A stretch of DNA of 64,000 bases from Lysobacterales bacterium (GTDB taxonomy: Bacteria; Pseudomonadota; Gammaproteobacteria; Xanthomonadales; SZUA-5), in the NCBI GenBank assembly GCA_022844165.1, contig JALHMH010000024.1, positions 1 to 64,000 on the forward strand, given 5' to 3'. The position numbers were made by a program, and so were the translations under genes. Under the pieces are notes generated by a model, which had not been told where the DNA came from, made no database searches, and saw only the letters and a program-made list of their open reading frames with translations. Below, in pieces: positions 62,922-64,000 of the stretch (within the stretch, counting starts at the first letter, position 1; every line of letters begins with the position of its first letter).

Positions 62922-64000
62922 AGTGATGCGCCTGGACGTCGATACGCTGAGTCAGCCGCCCGCAGGCGTGATCTTGCCTGCCTACGCTCGCCAACCCGCT
63001 TTGGACCGCGGTGGCGTCGTGCATCTTGGGCTCGGTGCATTTCATCGCGCTCATCAGGCGCAGTACTTCGACGATTTGCTGGGCGCCGGCCACGATGGAT
63101 TTGCGGTCACTGGTATCGCCTTGCAGAAGTTCGATGTGCCGCAGCAGCTGAATCCTCAGGACGGACTCTACAGCGTTCTGAGTCTGTCGAATGACGAACC
63201 TTCTGTGCGTGTGATCGGCTGCATTGAACGTGTGCTGCACGCGCCCAGTCAACGTGCAGCGGTATTGGCGCGGATGGCCGATCCGCGGACTTGGCTGATC
63301 ACGCTGACGATCACCGAAAAGGGTTATTGCCACCACCCGAGCAGCGGCGCGCTGAATCGCGAGCATCCGGATATCGCCCATGATCTGGCGAATGCCGATC
63401 GGCCCAAGAGCGCGCTCGGGTTGCTGTGCGCAGCGCTGGATCTGCGACGCCGTGCCGGCGAGTTGGCGCCGGTCGTGCTGTGTTGCGACAACCTGCCGAA
63501 CAACGGCCGTGTGTTGCGTGGTCTGGTGCTGAGTTTGAGCGAGACAAATCCCGCATTGCATGATTGGATCGCACAACAAGTCAGCTTCCCGTGCACAATG
63601 GTTGATCGCATCGTTCCGGCCACTACCGTTGCGGATTTCGAGTACGTCCGCGAACGATTTGGTTATGCCGATGCGGGTCTGGTCAAAGCCGAACCGTTTT
63701 CGCAGTGGGTGATCGAAGCGTGCGACCAGCGGCTGGTGCCGCTGGCGAAGGTTGGCGCGATGTTGGTCGACGACGTCGCGCCGTTCGAGCTGATGAAGCT
63801 GCGTCTGCTCAATGGCAGCCACTCGCTGCTCGCTTATTTGGGCTACCTTGCCGGGCATCAGACGGTCAGCGATGCGATGGCCGCACCGGGATTCGGCGCG
63901 CTGATCGACTCCTTCATGCGCGATGAAGTTGCGCCAACCCTGGCGCCGCCGGCGGGTTTCGATCTGGCTGGATATGCGAGCGACTTGCGTGCCCGTTTTC
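62914..64000 (+). CDS. uxuB: mannitol dehydrogenase family D-mannonate oxidoreductase (partial, runs off window)
   Basis: My translation from ATG 62914 gives VHLGLGAFHRAHQA, TITEKGY, CDNLPNNG, MVDRIVP and KLRLLNGSH. Confidence 0.88.
   Translation, partial: MAEVMRLDVDTLSQPPAGVILPAYARQPALDRGGVVHLGLGAFHRAHQAQYFDDLLGAGHDGFAVTGIALQKFDVPQQLNPQDGLYSVLSLSNDEPSVRVIGCIERVLHAPSQRAAVLARMADPRTWLITLTITEKGYCHHPSSGALNREHPDIAHDLANADRPKSALGLLCAALDLRRRAGELAPVVLCCDNLPNNGRVLRGLVLSLSETNPALHDWIAQQVSFPCTMVDRIVPATTVADFEYVRERFGYADAGLVKAEPFSQWVIEACDQRLVPLAKVGAMLVDDVAPFELMKLRLLNGSHSLLAYLGYLAGHQTVSDAMAAPGFGALIDSFMRDEVAPTLAPPAGFDLAGYASDLRARF

Overview
GC-rich bacterial chromosome segment. Gene content and the C-terminal 'FASG(L/F)E' tails on secreted proteins suggest Xanthomonadales (inference). 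The first ~41 kb mixes housekeeping genes (purT, phhB, glmU, folK/folB, tsaD, ugd-uxs-rfaH, gltBD, tricorn protease) with accessory genes: a VapBC-type TA pair, a CP-ATP-grasp/alpha-E/transglutaminase/Anbu operon, a CHASE4 hybrid kinase and several secreted proteins. From 41.6 to 64 kb lies a hexuronate-polysaccharide utilisation locus: TonB-dependent receptor, TRAP and SSS transporters, GH28, GH2, kdgK, manD, a FadR-type regulator, uxaC and uxuB. It also carries two Tat-signal enolase-superfamily enzymes and a secreted WD40 protein. The intergenic DNA holds at least five families of non-autonomous structured repeats: TGT-ended MITEs, CTAG-flanked ~240-bp elements built from GNA-triloop hairpins, a CTAA-flanked MITE with an IHF-like site, REPIN-like doublets and (GCACGGG)n-armed palindromes. 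There is also a 4-copy 237/244-bp tandem amplification of a gene junction. No transposase, rRNA, tRNA or CRISPR array was seen.
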